A stretch of DNA of 64,000 bases from Octopus sinensis (lineage: Eukaryota): the NCBI RefSeq assembly GCF_006345805.1, contig NC_043009.1, positions 5,766,001 through 5,830,000 of the forward strand, written 5' to 3'. Both the position numbers and the translations under genes were made by a program. Below are positions 1-14,430 of this stretch, piece after piece. Each line of letters begins with the position of its first letter. The first letter of the stretch is position 1. The notes beneath the pieces were generated by a model. The model was not told the origin of the DNA and searched no databases. It saw only the letters and a list, made by a program, of their open reading frames with translations.

Positions 1-519
1 GAGAGATTTTTGTTCAGAACAAGCTTTTAGAAAATGTAGACAAATACAGATATATCAAATAAGATGTGAGAAGGTTCTATCATGCTTACTAAATGGTAAT
101 TAAGACCAGTTCCGGTTGGGAGGGACCGATAATCGAAAGATTCAAGGATTTCGAAACCGACATGCCATTACGGAGAACAGGCTTACTGTCCGTAGATAAG
201 AGGATAGTCATTGACATGTGTCTCGAGCACATAGAGGCATAAATCATTCTTATAAATCAAGTTCTGTGCGATTTGGTATGCAAATATTTATCGAAGTTGT
301 TCAAATATATTGCTCTGGCCGCTCCGCGTAATTTGTCTTAGATCATTGCTTTGCAAAAAATAAGGCATATATATATGCGTGTATACATGTATTTTTACAT
401 ACACACATACATGCTAGAAGCCCTTCAACTTGCTTAAATACCAGTGAGCATAATTAAAGCCATAACTGATCTGACTTCATCGTATGCCACTTTCTTAAAA
501 TTAAACATAATCAGTTACT

Positions 520-1430
520 GTATTATCACTGATAGAATACAGTAAAGGGAATGCTTATAAAAAAGGAATGGCCTTTCTGTGATGTTGTTTTTACTCTCTC
601 TAAACCCGTTGTCATTTATGTAAATGAGGTCTGAAAGATATATCACTGGTTCACAAGGAAACAGAAATAACAAAATTCTACAGTTTCATCGTGAATAATT
701 TGAAACTTTATGCAAAAGAATATGCACGAGAGGAAAAAGTCTTGACCTAGTTGCAACATTCTCAAAGGCTATAAGGTTGGAGTTTGGTCAAGAGAAATGT
801 TATATGGTTGTGAAAAGAGGGAAAACTGAAAAACCAGACTAGCAACATCTCCATCAATGACTTTCTGTTTCCTCTGTATCGGACGATGAATGTTTTATGT
901 ATCTAGGGGTGGATGAAAACATTACAATGTTACATTACATATAACAAAAAGACGTGTCACTAAGAATATTACAGCGGAATAAATAAAATTTAGACCTCAG
1001 AACTTTCTGCATTCAATAAAACAGTGGCCCACAATGTGTTTGCAGTACCAGTAAGCATACCAACATTTGGGCTGCTTGGTTAGACGCTTGATGTGAAAAC
1101 CCGAAAAACGCTACCGAGCGCACATATTTTCTACATAATCAATGACGTAGACCACCCCTCGCTAAAATGAAAACAAGGCAGCAGATCCAAAATGCCTTTG
1201 AATGTCAAAGTGCATCCCTTGGTCAAATTTGCAAACATGAGTTTCATGACATCATAAGACTTGGAAGGCAGCTCTTTGAGCAACATTCTTTGTCTGATAA
1301 CCTAGAATACATGCGCAAAGAAGTCGCACGACTCTACCGCATCACTGATCACGTGATGTAAGAAATCATTTGAACCTGACAGTGGAGCCCATGAGGGGTT
1401 TCTAACCGGATTTATCGAGCTGGAATGCGG
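520..1430 (+). mobile_element. Degenerate non-LTR retrotransposon RT fragment, R4/Dong-like clade (frameshifted)
   Basis: Manual translation across frameshifts gives SLNPLSF, FIVNNLKLYAK (decayed DDLKLYAK), FSKAIRLEFGQEKC, YLGVDEN, ELSAFNKTVAHNVFAVPV, LDVKTRK and QIQNAFECQSASLG (end overlaps ORF 1167-1361). This motif order is typical of R4-clade RTs. Confidence 0.75.
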
Positions 1431-1458
1431 ACATTATTTTTTAAAAATCAACGTAAAG

Positions 1459-1529
<71 letters not shown>

Positions 1530-1650
1530 ATATATATATAAATACGATATATATATATGCATATATATACATATATATTATATATTATATATATATATAT
1601 ACAAAAATTCATACATACATACATATTATATATAAACACGCACACACACG

Positions 1651-1684
<34 letters not shown>

Positions 1685-2447
1685 CTTAAAGAGAGAGAGA
1701 GAGAGTGAAGCACTTATCCTCCGATACACATACCGACACACATTAATGCATTTGAATATGTCTGTGCGCGCGTGTATATATATGTGTGGTGTGTGCGTGT
1801 GCGTGTGTGTGTAGAAAAGGTATATATTTATGCATTTATGTCTGAAACATGAAACGTTTACTTAATCTATGAATCAAGTTTGATGTAGACTGACTTCAAT
1901 CATGTGGTGAATTTTGCACTCTCAGGATTAAATGCATCGCTTCATACTCTGATCATAGACCGTTGCTTACATTACTGGCTTCTTTTGAGAGATATACATA
2001 CCAAAACAACTGACTCTATTAAGACAATATATTGACGCTCTCAGTAACAAATCTTTATATATGTTTTAGCAAAAAATACTAGCTGTTTTTCAATTCTGCA
2101 AATTTTGTAACAAATTTTGTTTCATCACGTTTTAATTCTTTGTTATGGTATGTTTATATACTAAGAGTAAAGTTGAAATGCTGTAAGTTATGTCCCAGCT
2201 AAAACGGTGTATTGGTGTCTCTATGAATAGTTTATTTTGCGAAGTATAACTAAGTCTGGGTGAAAGATTTTTATATTTGAAAATATGCTTTGAATTCTTG
2301 CTTTTATTGTTCTCTTAATGCTCCTTATTATATCTACTTCAGCATTTAAGATATACCTTCAAACGTGCCTATGATGTATATATATCATGTGTGTTGGTGA
2401 CTATGTATGTACGTATGCGAATACACACACACACACATATATTATAT

Positions 2448-2503
<56 letters not shown>

Positions 2504-2507
<4 letters not shown>

Positions 2508-2705
2508 ATAGTAATGGTAAAACAATAAAAGAATGAAAAGGCCTCGATATTATGTAAATAGAGGAATTTATCTCTTAATTGTCGAGCTATCAAAGATAGC
2601 ATCTTTTGATGGCCCGATCACTGAAGAGATGCCCGTGTGGGCTTCCACCCCGACATCGGAAGCTCGGAGTTTTATCATACCTGCCGGAAAAATTGTCACA
2701 TGTTA
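2504..2705 (+). mobile_element. Solo PLE terminal-repeat-like element containing a hammerhead motif
   Basis: Its 5' 75 bp match 14431-14500 and 15773-15838; its 3' part matches 15272-15340. Flanked by (AT)n on both sides. Confidence 0.7.
2616..2676 (+). ncRNA. Type I hammerhead ribozyme motif, degenerate (GAAA to GAAG)
   Basis: GAUCA-CUGAAGA-GAUG..CAUC-G-GAAG-CU(CGG)AG-UU-UUAUC; stems I, II and III can be drawn by eye. Confidence 0.6.
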
Positions 2706-2723
2706 TATTTATATATATATGCG

Positions 2724-2757
<34 letters not shown>

Positions 2758-2933
2758 CACAACCATATATAATATACATATAACATATAATATAATATAC
2801 ATGTACATGAATGCATTTATATATGTATATATATATATATATATTTTTATAAAAATATGTAAAATTAATATATATATATATGCACATACACTCAAATGCA
2901 GTGAGACAGTCAGAAAAGATATGTATATGAACG

Positions 2934-2970
<37 letters not shown>

Positions 2971-2982
<12 letters not shown>

Positions 2983-3838
2983 ACTTGAGGGCAAAATTAA
3001 TTAATTATAACAAATTTCCACCAAGTGTCAGTATGCAAAGGGACCATTCAAGGCGAATTCAATTATTACATTATATAAAAGGGCTTAGTAAATAAATTAC
3101 TTTGCCGCATACTGAACTCATTAGAAATAGCAGCTAAAAAACTTTTTTAAAGCTATTTCTAATACTTAAAGAAAATCTCTCTCATATATAGTGTTTGCTT
3201 AATTCAACTCACAAAAGTTTGGGGGTAAGGACATCGAAAAATCAAATGCTAAGGTATTTGAGAACGTACGTTTCAGATTAGTCAAAACAACATTTTATCA
3301 TCAGAGCTAGAAATCCTTGGTTTGGATTGGAAACACTGAAAATAAGAACATACCCTTTCGAAGATCTGCTCGTAACTAACAGTGCCAACAAATTCAAATA
3401 AGCAAGCGAAGAATCTTGTTCTCCCCTTTCCACCAGCGTGGGTTAAAAATCATCAACACTATGCTTATTTCGGTAAAATCCGAAGCATTAATCAGAGGGA
3501 GATTAATTATAATTTCAACAATTGAGGGCAAAATTAATTAATTTATTAATCAATTCACCAAGTGTTCAGTATGCAAAGGGACCATTCAAGGCGAATTCAA
3601 ATTATTACATTATATAAAAGGGCTTAGTAAAATAAATTACTTTGCCGCATACTGAACTCATTGAAGAGAGCAAGAATAACTAAAAACTTTTTTAAAGCTA
3701 TTTCTAATACTAAAGAAATCTCTCTCATATATAGTGTTTGCTTAATTCAACTCACAAAATTTGGGGGGTAAGGACATCGAAAAATCAAATGCTAGGTTAT
3801 TTGAGAACTTTAAGTATTAGAAATAGCTTTAAAAAAGT
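2971..3838. repeat. Two ~297-bp direct repeats (2971-3265, 3510-3808) plus a 30-bp inverted tail (3809-3838); PLE tandem pseudo-LTR-like
   Basis: The copies align at high identity. 3809-3838 is the reverse complement of the internal segment aactttttaaagctatttctaatacttaaag. (AT)n on both sides. Confidence 0.8.
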
Positions 3839-3954
3839 GTGTATATATATATTCACATGTATATAGACAGATAGATAGATGTGTATGTATGTATCTATCT
3901 ATCTATTTATCTATCTATCTGTTTATATATCTATCTATCTATCTATCTATCTAT

Positions 3955-3994
<40 letters not shown>

Positions 3995-5359
3995 TATATC
4001 GAGAAGTAATATCTGACCTCCATTAAACCGTGGACGTTCAGTTAGAACAGATTATACTGCGGTAGATACAATGAAAGAAACCTCAAGTTTGCTTTTGGTG
4101 CAAATCGTACTCCTGTTTAATTCACTAACGGGGAGGTAAATCCCCTTCATCTCCAACCACGAGACCACCAAATCTTGTGGTTTATACTTTCTTAGCTCTT
4201 GTCAATGATAGACACTCGACTGCTAGAGATAACAGCAACTCATCTCGCCACCAGCGATGTATACAAAATAACCGATTCATAGTTTCTCTCATGGTGTCTG
4301 ACGCAGGCTCGATATTCAGGTCTGATGACTAAATATTGAGGCATACAGGCTAGATATTCCGGTTCTCAAAGAATAAAATAAATAAAAATAAACAAAATGA
4401 AATAAAATAAACAAAATACGTGTGGAAAGCAATATCAAAGCGAGACCCTTGAAACACATCAACGCAATACGTGAATGGATCAAATAAATACAACCTGTAT
4501 GTATTAAAATTTCGAATAACCACACCAGTTGTTTAAATTCTAGGACTCAAGTCTTCCCTTTGGTTGGTCTTTAAAGACAAGTTTCTTATCATATCGATTT
4601 AGTTTCAAACCAGGATTTTAAACCCTATTAGACAAGTTCCATAAATCTAAGTCTACTCAATCTCACAATGAGTATTCTTTAAACGTGTAGTGTTCCATAT
4701 ATTGTGCATCCATGTGTACGTTCAAATTACTTGACATCCATATATTTTTATAGGAAATAATTTCGTTCAACGAGAATTGTTGCACATATATACATACATT
4801 AAGCGATGGCCTAGGTTTTAAATATTCATATAGTAAACTATAGATTTTTTATCGTTTTCCACTGTAATAAGAGACGACAGAAGTAATATAAATTTTAGTT
4901 GCAGTAATGGAGATAAGTTGAATTCTTTTTAAAAATCCTTTTAAACATATGACATATGTTGTTTTGCAGATTATATAAAATGCAAGTTGGCATATCTTAG
5001 ATATAGAATTTACTTATCAAACAGCTGTCAAAGTATCTCCTTAGAAGAGAGAATGTTCGTTACCGAAATGCTATAATGGGCAAATTTAGCACAGAGAAAA
5101 ATGTAGAAAACACATTTCCATCGGCCATAAATCCATTTTTGACATTTCTGTTTGTTATTTCGCTTCATTTGACGGATTCTTCTGCGACACCTGGTCGGTT
5201 TCTCATCACATGTTGATTTATGATATCATGCAGGTTTTACTTACCGATGCATTATGCATTAACCTTTTGAATATATAGGTTTTTTTTATGCCCAAACGAT
5301 GTAAATATAAAACTTCTTGTTTCAGTAACAACGCATATATATATATATATATATCTATG

Positions 5360-5405
<46 letters not shown>

Positions 5406-5407
5406 CG

Positions 5408-5440
<33 letters not shown>

Positions 5441-5474
5441 GTGTGTATGTATGTATATATATGTATATATTATG

Positions 5475-5505
<31 letters not shown>

Positions 5506-5639
5506 TATATATACGTATAAATATATATACAAACTTATATATGTATGTATATATGTATGTATATATATATATATCCATATATTATATAAGTGTGTGTGGG
5601 TGTATATATACATACATATATATATATAAGAATGAATGT

Positions 5640-5900
5640 TTTTATATATAATGAACGTGAATACAGGAAGGGACGAACACGGAAACAGACAAATCATTCG
5701 AAGCCTTCAATCTTCAGTCAGACACCGAATCATCATAGCAAATTTCGGTGTTCAATTCTGATATTTGCTCCAACTCGGCCAGCCCCAAGAAAAAAACTAA
5801 GCTGTAAGCATTAGATTTCTTGGTAGAAGACAGGAATGTGAACGCACAAGACGGATGTGAATACAAGAGACGAAAACGAAATTGAAAACAGTAATGAATA
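5640..5900 (-). repeat. Dispersed repeat family E, copy 1 (PLE-terminus-like, decayed HHR-like core)
   Basis: Reverse complement matches 41600-41910 (ctaagc..ggggctggcc..ggagcaa, gactgaagattgaaggcttcgaatga) and 36195-36335. Confidence 0.6.
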
Positions 5901-5979
5901 AACAAAACATATATAACGATGGTTGTCATACGACTTTAGACCAAATGAGACAAAAAAACAACAACAACATAGCTGGCGT

Positions 5980-6014
<35 letters not shown>

Positions 6015-6110
6015 GTATGTATGTATGTATGCATATATTGATACACATTCATATGTACATGCATACATATGCATATACGTTTGTGTGTGTATAAATGCGG
6101 GTATGTATTT

Positions 6111-6144
<34 letters not shown>

Positions 6145-7677
6145 CGCATATACATGTATCACATCGTTATTTAGTGAAAAAGAGAAAAATACCGCCGAAA
6201 TTATTAAGAGGCGATCTGTCAGATTACTGAAATTTGATACGTTGACTCATTCAAGCAAAAACATTTAAAACATAATGATTTCAAATTTTGTAAAAAAAAT
6301 AAATATATGACACATTCTAAGGCATTCTTCTAATACTGAACATGTAATAAAAAATCGTTCGCAATTCTCTTAACAAGATTGATTGAAGAAAGTCTGCAGA
6401 AACCAGATTATAAACAATATAGACTGGTAATGCTTGGTAAATATTCATTATACTGCTCCTGTTTTTCGAACTACGGCTGTGTTTATTACATAGTATAACT
6501 AATTACATCCGGAAGTAGGCGATGTATGTGTCTTGGAAGAAGGTATCATGCGTTTGATAATTGTTTTGTGGGCTCGTGTTTTCGGAAGGACCATAAAATA
6601 GCCACTTGACTTTCTCACCGTTAGCTATGAGCGAACTGTACTAGAACACTCTTAGTACTATGTTTTCAGTAAGGTAGACTTGAGAAACGTTAAATGAAAT
6701 ACCTCTTATGCGGACATAAGTCTCCAACATATCCGGGAATCGAACATAATGCCTTGCGAGAGTAAGCCAAACACTTTACCAGTTAATCGCGTGACTACTT
6801 GTTATGGATTTATGTAGCAAAGACTATCACAGTGTCAGTTATGTAAAATAATAGGGTTTGATTAGAGGAAAATGTTCCTGCAAATTCTCTCAAGTTGATG
6901 TAGAGACTCTAATGGAAGACACAATGTCACAAGTTGAAATTATTCAGCGTTGTTGCCATCAAGTATTTTATGGAAGACGATTGTGGCACATTTTCTTGAT
7001 TTACGGAAACATATTTGACTTCTAAATGGGATCCCGTTTCAAGATATTCGGCTATACTCACAATTGTAAATTCCTCTAAGAAATATATCCCCCACATTTG
7101 AATTTCTTGTTTAACATATGTTTAAACGAATAAAGTATATCAACAGTACAGAAATTATTCAGAGGTTGGACGAATAGATCATATATAAAGGCCTTTAAAA
7201 TTCGGTTTTATACAACCGAGACAGAAATTATTTACAGGTTGGACTTAAGGGGTCATAGTGTGACAGATATGGGAAGGTGTATTTGTGAAAGTCTTTCATA
7301 TCTAATTATATTTCAAATATTGTATACTGAAATCGATTGAATGAGTGACATCAGCCTAATGTAAACGACTGCACAAGCCATACGAATTTTTACGCTCTTC
7401 TAATGATGAGACTATGGGCAATCCGATGGCGGCGAATATTCGAGATGTCCCGCTCATTTAGCATATACTATGGACGTTACTTAATACTCAGGATTAAATG
7501 TTGAATTTGAAAGTTAATAATATTTGACTTATTGGAAAGTAACAATCAACTGCGCATTAAATCTTTAATAAATGACATCTCATTACTTTCCTTATTTCAA
7601 TTCATTCGCCGAGATTAACTTACATTCATGTGGATAGTGGTAAGCATTAGCAATAAACATACACAGGTGCTCACATT

Positions 7678-8283
7678 CGACAGGGTGCTGAAATGTTCCT
7701 GGCTTTAAGGCTATCGTGAACGGCTGAATTCTTTAACAAGGCTTAGAAAAGAAGAAGGACTGCTGCACGAAGTGTGCGAATTTGAGAGGGCGATATACTC
7801 TTTTACTTGTTTCAGTCATTTCACTGTGGCCATGCAGGAGCACCACCTTTAGTCGAGCAAATCGACACCAGGACTTATTCTTTGTAAGTCTAGTACTTAT
7901 TATATCGGTCTCGTTTGCTGAACCACTAAATTACAGGAACGTAAACACACTAGCATCGGCTGTCAAGCGAGCTTGGGGGGCAATCACAAACACTCAAACA
8001 AACACACACATACACATATTAATATACATATATACGACGGGCTTCTTTCAGTTTCCGTCTACCAAATCCACTCACAAGGCTTTGGTCGGCCCGAGGCTAT
8101 AGTAGAAGACACTTGCCCAAGGTGCTACGCAGTGGGAGTGAACCCTGAACCATGTAGTTGGTAAGCAAGCTACTTACCACACTTCCACTCCTACGCCTAT
8201 GTATATTGAATATAATCGTAATTAACTGATCCTCCTGTCTTTTCTCATACAGAAAGCCAAGAACTTTTCAATACCACCTTGTA
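7678..8283 (+). mobile_element. Internally deleted mariner-like element (~200 bp) interrupted by a SINE
   Basis: Imperfect TIRs 7678-7706 (cgacagggtgctgaaatgttcctggcttt) and 8253-8283 (aaagccaagaacttttcaataccaccttgta). Residual KCANLRGRY resembles a mariner transposase C-terminus. Confidence 0.65.
7796..8197 (-). mobile_element. SINE family A, full length
   Basis: tRNA-like head (gtgtggtaagtagcttgcttacc..ggttcactccc), accttgggcaagtgtctt body, internal AT/GT tract, 3' half ending gaaacaagtaaaagagt; more than 10 homologues in the window. Confidence 0.9.
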
Positions 8284-9729
8284 TAAGCGAATTATAGTCC
8301 CATATTGCTTAAAGGAAACGATCATTTTTTCTTGTGGCAGGTAGCAGTAGTCGCGTGATCCTTGCATTTTAAACGTATTTTCCTAAATGAAAGTTTCCCT
8401 TCACTTATAAAATATAGACCCACATATTATTCGTAATGTTGCGTTCTGTAAGTGTATCGATGTGAATTCTATATCTTTTATTCGGTATGCTGTCAATCGC
8501 AAGATTATAATAGAAACGTGAAACTACACTTCTTGGTAAATGGAAACCATCGCTTAATATCAGATAGACAAAATCCCATGTCTATTCCCCCACCGTCCAC
8601 CATAAGAAAGATCCTAGTCACTATATGAAATCATATACGCATCCACAGGCATGTGCATACTTCAGTATTTCTACAGCATATTACTTCGTGTATGCCTTTT
8701 GTAAATAAACTGTTCAATAAACATAGTGTAAATCAGATACTCAAACGGATTAGAGTGTCCCTAATAACACTATGTCAACCAAAACCCAAAGAGATAGAAA
8801 ATTAAAGATCCATAAACTCAGTAATTATACATTGGTACCTGTGTGAGTTGTCTGTGTCTGTATGTATGTGTGTGTGTGAGCCTCTGTGTGTGTGTGTGGG
8901 TGGGGGGGTTAGTTATACTCTGTTAGATAATTCTCTTGATTGAAAATCGACGATTAAGGTGACGACATAAATGTCCGTACAAGTACGCTCACGCGGTAGG
9001 CAGAATCTTAACAAAGACAAAGGTATTAAACATAGATAAATAAGTAAATTAATTAATAATTATACGTTCAATCCCTTACGTCTTTCATAGTCTCAACATC
9101 AGAGAGGTGTACGCATATCTCGCACAGACAGATTAACATATTCCCTCTCAAACGTTACAGAATCTACTTTTAATGCTCACACGAGTACACAGGCGCACGC
9201 TTTTACGCACGTAGTCTTACGCACAAAAATACAAGCAAACACACACACAGTGAGTCTCTCTTTCTGTCTCAGATTCACACTTACATATCCATGAATATAA
9301 ATATCGAATCTAAGACGGAATGACCTAGGGGCAGGAAAATAAGTATGTTCACGAATGGCGACAAATGTACTCCGAAGAACCAAGATGAGTGATCCACCAA
9401 ACAATTTCCAAGAACTTGATTCGTTAATTGGTTAAAAATTTACCGAACGATTAATGAGGATAAAAAATTTGAAATAGAAGCGGAGCATCTGTTTAATATT
9501 GGCTTCTTGACCCTCCCAACCTCTAAAGAAATCTGTTTTACGTCAAGAATATTGCCAACCAAATTAAATTCCAAATATAACCAAAGATTCTAAGTTCCAA
9601 TTATGAATAATGTGAGTGAAATGTTAAGTTAAAAAATAGACATGATTCAACCCATCTTTTCTTCTGACGTCTCAAAGTAAGCTTTCATCTATTGTAGGCG
9701 ATTGCTAAGGGATAAGTGAAAAAACACAA

Positions 9730-10137
9730 CTCTTTACTCTCTACTCTTCTACTTGTTTCAGGCATTTGGCTGCGGCCATACTGGAGCACCGCCTTTAGTC
9801 GAGCAAATCGAACCCAAGACTTATTCTTTGAAAGCCTAGTACTTATTCTATCGGTGTCTTTTGCCGAACTGCTAAGTTACGGGTACGTAAACACAGCAGC
9901 ATCGGTTGTCAAGTGATGTTGTGAGGACAAACACAGACGCAAAAATGCACACACACACATATATATAAATATACATATACGACGGGCTTCTTTCAGTTTC
10001 CGTCAACCAAATTACAAGGCTTTGGTCGACCTGAGGCTCTAGTAGAAGACACTTGCCGAAGGTGCCATGCAGTAGGACTGAACCCGGAACCATGTGGCTG
10101 GTAAGCAAGCTACTTACCACACAGCCACTCCTGCGCC
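9730..10137 (-). mobile_element. SINE family A, full length
   Basis: Aligns end to end with 7796-8197. Confidence 0.9.
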
Positions 10138-10162
10138 TAATGTAAAGTTCTTGATACACCTT

Positions 10163-10199
<37 letters not shown>

Positions 10200-10242
10200 T
10201 TTGCTTATTGCTGCATTCTTTTTTCTTTTTTTACAACCAAAG

Positions 10243-10318
10243 CAGTTTCACCGAATATACATGTATCTAAGCAAAATCGCCATGCCAGTCGGTTTCCAAA
10301 GTCTATGCTTCAAACAAC
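10243..10318 (+). CDS. Candidate small exon of an unidentified host gene
   Basis: Long pyrimidine tract followed by aag/cag acceptor, CAAC|gtaaga donor, two open frames. No recognisable homology. Confidence 0.15.
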
Positions 10319-10909
10319 GTAAGAACAGTTACAATTTTTAATATTCTGTTTTGTTATAAAGCGTTTGCCTGAAATTTGAGAGCAACATTTTACCAACAAA
10401 CTTACACCACCTCACTTTTTGGTTACATATGAGCTTATTCCCGAATTAGAAACCATTGTGCTGAGACGTGAAGATAACTTGTAGTTGTGGGGAACATTAA
10501 TTTATTCTTTTACGAAGTTAAAGTTTATGTTGTGAATCTTGTGCAAATATAGAAAATATCTGAATGTAAGAACTAATGCAGTATTGGACGAAAGTATTGA
10601 AAACTTATCCTCAAAATGATTCTGTCAAAAATGCGCCAAGACTCTTCATCTCATTATAATAAACATCCCTTTTAAATTCCATTTAAGAATACGTATGAAT
10701 CTAAGCAATTCATTTTAGAAGTAGAAGAATAAATATGGGGTACGTACAATGCTCCTCTCATCTATACGTTTTAGATTTAAATACCTAATTATATATAATT
10801 ATGCGTGTATTTATTTAACTTTTTTAATATATATGTATGAAGGCATCTGTTTACATATAATATAAATAAGGATATTCATTCTTACTATGAATCTACCAAA
10901 AGTTTAAGT

Positions 10910-11235
<326 letters not shown>

Positions 11236-11242
11236 CAGGCAC

Positions 11243-11510
11243 AACGGCCCAGTAGTGGTTACGGCAGCAGACTCGCTGTCGGAGGATTGCGGTTTCGATT
11301 TACAGACCGGTCTGTGTGTGTTTTTATTGAGCGAAAACACCTAAAAGCTCCACGAGGCACCGGCAGTAGGTGGTGGCGACCCCTGTTGTACTCTTTTTCC
11401 ACAACCTTCTCTCACACACTCTTCCTGTTCCTGGAGGGGAACACATGCGCCACAGAAACCTGGAAACTGGGTCCATGAGTCTGGCTAGGCTTGAAAAGGG
11501 CGACAGAGGA
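11243..11510 (+). mobile_element. SINE family D (tRNA-like head)
   Basis: A-box-like ggcccagtagtggtta and B-box-like ggtttcgatt, followed by a GC-rich body (gagcgaaaacacctaaaagctccacgagg); lies between (AT)n tracts. Confidence 0.65.
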
Positions 11511-11591
11511 GAGCCAGCGGATACAAATATATACACACACATACACACACACATATATATACAACTATATATTTCTGTCTCTCGTTGTATG

Positions 11592-11627
<36 letters not shown>

Positions 11628-12507
11628 ATATGAGGAATATGTGAAATAACGTGAATGTGAGATCCGTACGCATAAAGATAGACATGGAAATATAATCATA
11701 CATATATATGTTAATGCATTCTTTTACATTTTATAGACAGCATCCAATTAATAATCTTTAGCCCAAGAAGCTGAAGTAGTCGTTCGTGTGTTATTACTTA
11801 TTAAACTCTAGTGAAGGAGAAATCAATCGTATTTTAGTATCGGAGAAAATCTTCGGATTAGACAGTATGCATAAAATCTACTTTAATAAACTGATGGTAA
11901 TTTCACCAAAATCTTGATTGACGACCGACCATAAATCATTCGCAATTTGGCCTGTGACCTCCTGTAGTGAGAGAATATTTAACTTGTCTTATGTTTGTAG
12001 TATTTCACCGGATGGTGCTTCCTTCGTTCCCATGGAAATGATAAAAATGCAGTGTTTGTATAAAGACGAAACACAGATAGAAGTTTAGAAAGGATTATAA
12101 ACATTAAGCAGTATGAAATTTATTCGATCTGGGTTTTTGTAGGCAAATCTATCCGTTTGAATAACATTTGCCAGTTCTGTCTAATATGGGTTTTAATAGA
12201 TTATGGAATTATCATATTTACACTTAGGAAAGCTTTGCTTGCTGATCCAATGTCCAGTTTTCCTCTTCTTATTGTTTTACAATATATGTTGCCTAGCAAT
12301 TCTTCTAAATATTGCCACAATATTTAATAAGGAATATTATTAACTTGGCATGCCATTACTTTGTGATATCCTTCAGTCTAACTATTGTGCTTCAACACTA
12401 TATAATCTCCCACAATCAGACACCCTGTTCTGTATATGTGTGTCAATAAGTGTAAGATCGTGTTACTATGTGTATGCGTGTGTGTGTATGTGTATCTGTG
12501 TGTGTGT

Positions 12508-12660
12508 GCGTGAAAGCGCGTGGACTAATGGTTAAGGTGTTACTCTCTAACTCCTTAGGTTCGATACCTCGACCAAGTGTTCTTTGAGGAAAGCATTTCA
12601 TTTCACGTTTCCTTCCGTCTACGTTTCTGAAAATGAGAACTTGAAAACGACTTACCTCTG
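12508..12660 (+). mobile_element. SINE family C, degenerate 5' part
   Basis: gcgtggactaatggttaagg..ggttcgatacc head and ttctttgaggaaagcatttcatttcacgtt resemble the copy at 45789-46119. Confidence 0.55.
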
Positions 12661-12846
12661 CTACCGTGTGACATATGTTAAATGTCAGGATAGGTAAAAT
12701 ATATGTGCGCTTAGATAGTGTCTTTATATATTCACGACAAATGTAGACAGCTAAAACAATTAACAAAAACTTAGTACACTAATCTCGGAATGAGAGCTAA
12801 TGTGCATACTTTACCTATATGCATACATATACACACACACACACAT

Positions 12847-12892
<46 letters not shown>

Positions 12893-12929
12893 CACATATA
12901 ATATAGTAAATCCACCCCACAAAAAGCTA

Positions 12930-13117
12930 AGAACAGACACAAGAATTAAAAACGACAATGCGAGGACGTGATACATGCAAAGTATTAGCAAACGCTCAGG
13001 GAAGGAAAGAAAAATGGTTTTCCGTTTCGATCAAACTCTTCTCCAGAAACAGGAGACAGACGAAAGTCAAAGAGAAAAGGAAAACGGGGGGAAAAATTCG
13101 CCAACGATTCACCTGGG

Positions 13118-13120
<3 letters not shown>
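12930..13120 (-). repeat. PLE-terminus-like repeat with decayed minimal HHR-like core
   Basis: Minus strand reads ctggagaagagtttgatcgaaacgg; (AT)n tracts close by on both sides. Confidence 0.35.
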
Positions 13121-13172
<52 letters not shown>

Positions 13173-13816
13173 TGTTATATCGGAATGGTCATATTGCCAG
13201 TTTAGCCAATAAAAACACACGCACTATATATTTGGTGTTATTTTGCTTCAGTGATATTTATTTTTTACATTAATCTTAATCTTATTTCGGCAAAGTTCTT
13301 TCGTCACACTCCTGTGACCGCATCAGTGGTCCTTTGTTTTCTTCTCACTTACTTGTGTCTCTCCTTACTAACCGTCAGCCATTTTGTATTTCTATTGTAT
13401 GTCTTCATTTGCGCATGCTTATATCTCTATGTGCGTCTATGTTTATTTAGTGTGTGTGTGGGGGGGATGCCTGTAATATTTGTATCTTCTGGTTATATAC
13501 ATTCTTGTAATTTGTATTTTGTTTTTGTTGTTGTTGCTTTTGTTCTAATTTTGTTCATGTGTTTACATCCACCCATTATTATCATTACATATGCTTGTAT
13601 GTATGTATAACAACAAAATTAGTAATGAAAATAATAAATCTAATCGAAAAAAAAAAAAAGAATATACATATACATATATATACATACATATACATATATA
13701 CACACATATATACACATATACATATACATATATATACACATACACATATATATAGATATTCATTTCTATTTCTTTAATTACCTGTGTATTTATTATGTTT
13801 GCAGGATCCACTATTG

Positions 13817-14397
13817 TCATATGTTGTGGTGTGCGCTATTGCTCCATTCTAGTTTTCTATTCAGGCTAGGTTTATTTTCTATTATATGTGTAGCTTCTGT
13901 AATTTGTCTAATTGTTGCATCTGTTCTATGTGTGGACAATATCTTAATCTCTATGTTATTGATTGATCCCCCGTGTTCTTGTTCGGCGTGTTGGTACAGA
14001 ATCGATGAGCTTTTACCTTCCTTGAGTTGTCTCCAATGTTCATTCACCCGCTCACCCATGCTTCTTGCAGTTCCCCTACGTATGTTACTGTCTTGTTACT
14101 GCATCGTCCCTCTATGCATCTTATACTATAGACCACATTTCTGGCTTTACAGTTCGTTTGTGGGCTAAATCTACATACAGTGCAATAGTTATCCGTACAG
14201 AGAGTTCTACTAAAAGGATAGCTTCTACCAATTATAGATCTGATAGGGTTGCCTGGCTTTTCAACAACCTTAATTCTTAGTTTAAGTTTATCTAGGGTCC
14301 TTCTAAAGCGGTACGCTAGTTCACCTCCAGGGGTGGTGTCAACGAACATGACACTCTGGTATTTATGGTATACGACTTCACATAAAAAATCTTGCAC
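13817..14397 (-). mobile_element. Penelope-like element fragment: linker plus GIY-YIG endonuclease, one frameshift
   Basis: FVDTTPGGEL..C..C..C..NVVYSIRC..C..TYVGE, then after restoring one missing A: TARSMGERVNEH..IRQITEATHI..PSLNRKLEW. Confidence 0.9.
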
Positions 14398-14430
14398 AAC
14401 AAATATTTAAACGTATATATATATATATAT

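Noticed and set aside
4287-4345. ctgacgcagg and ctgatga motifs at the end of a probable terminal-repeat-like segment (3998-4320)
   Set aside because: No downstream GAAA or stem II in this copy.
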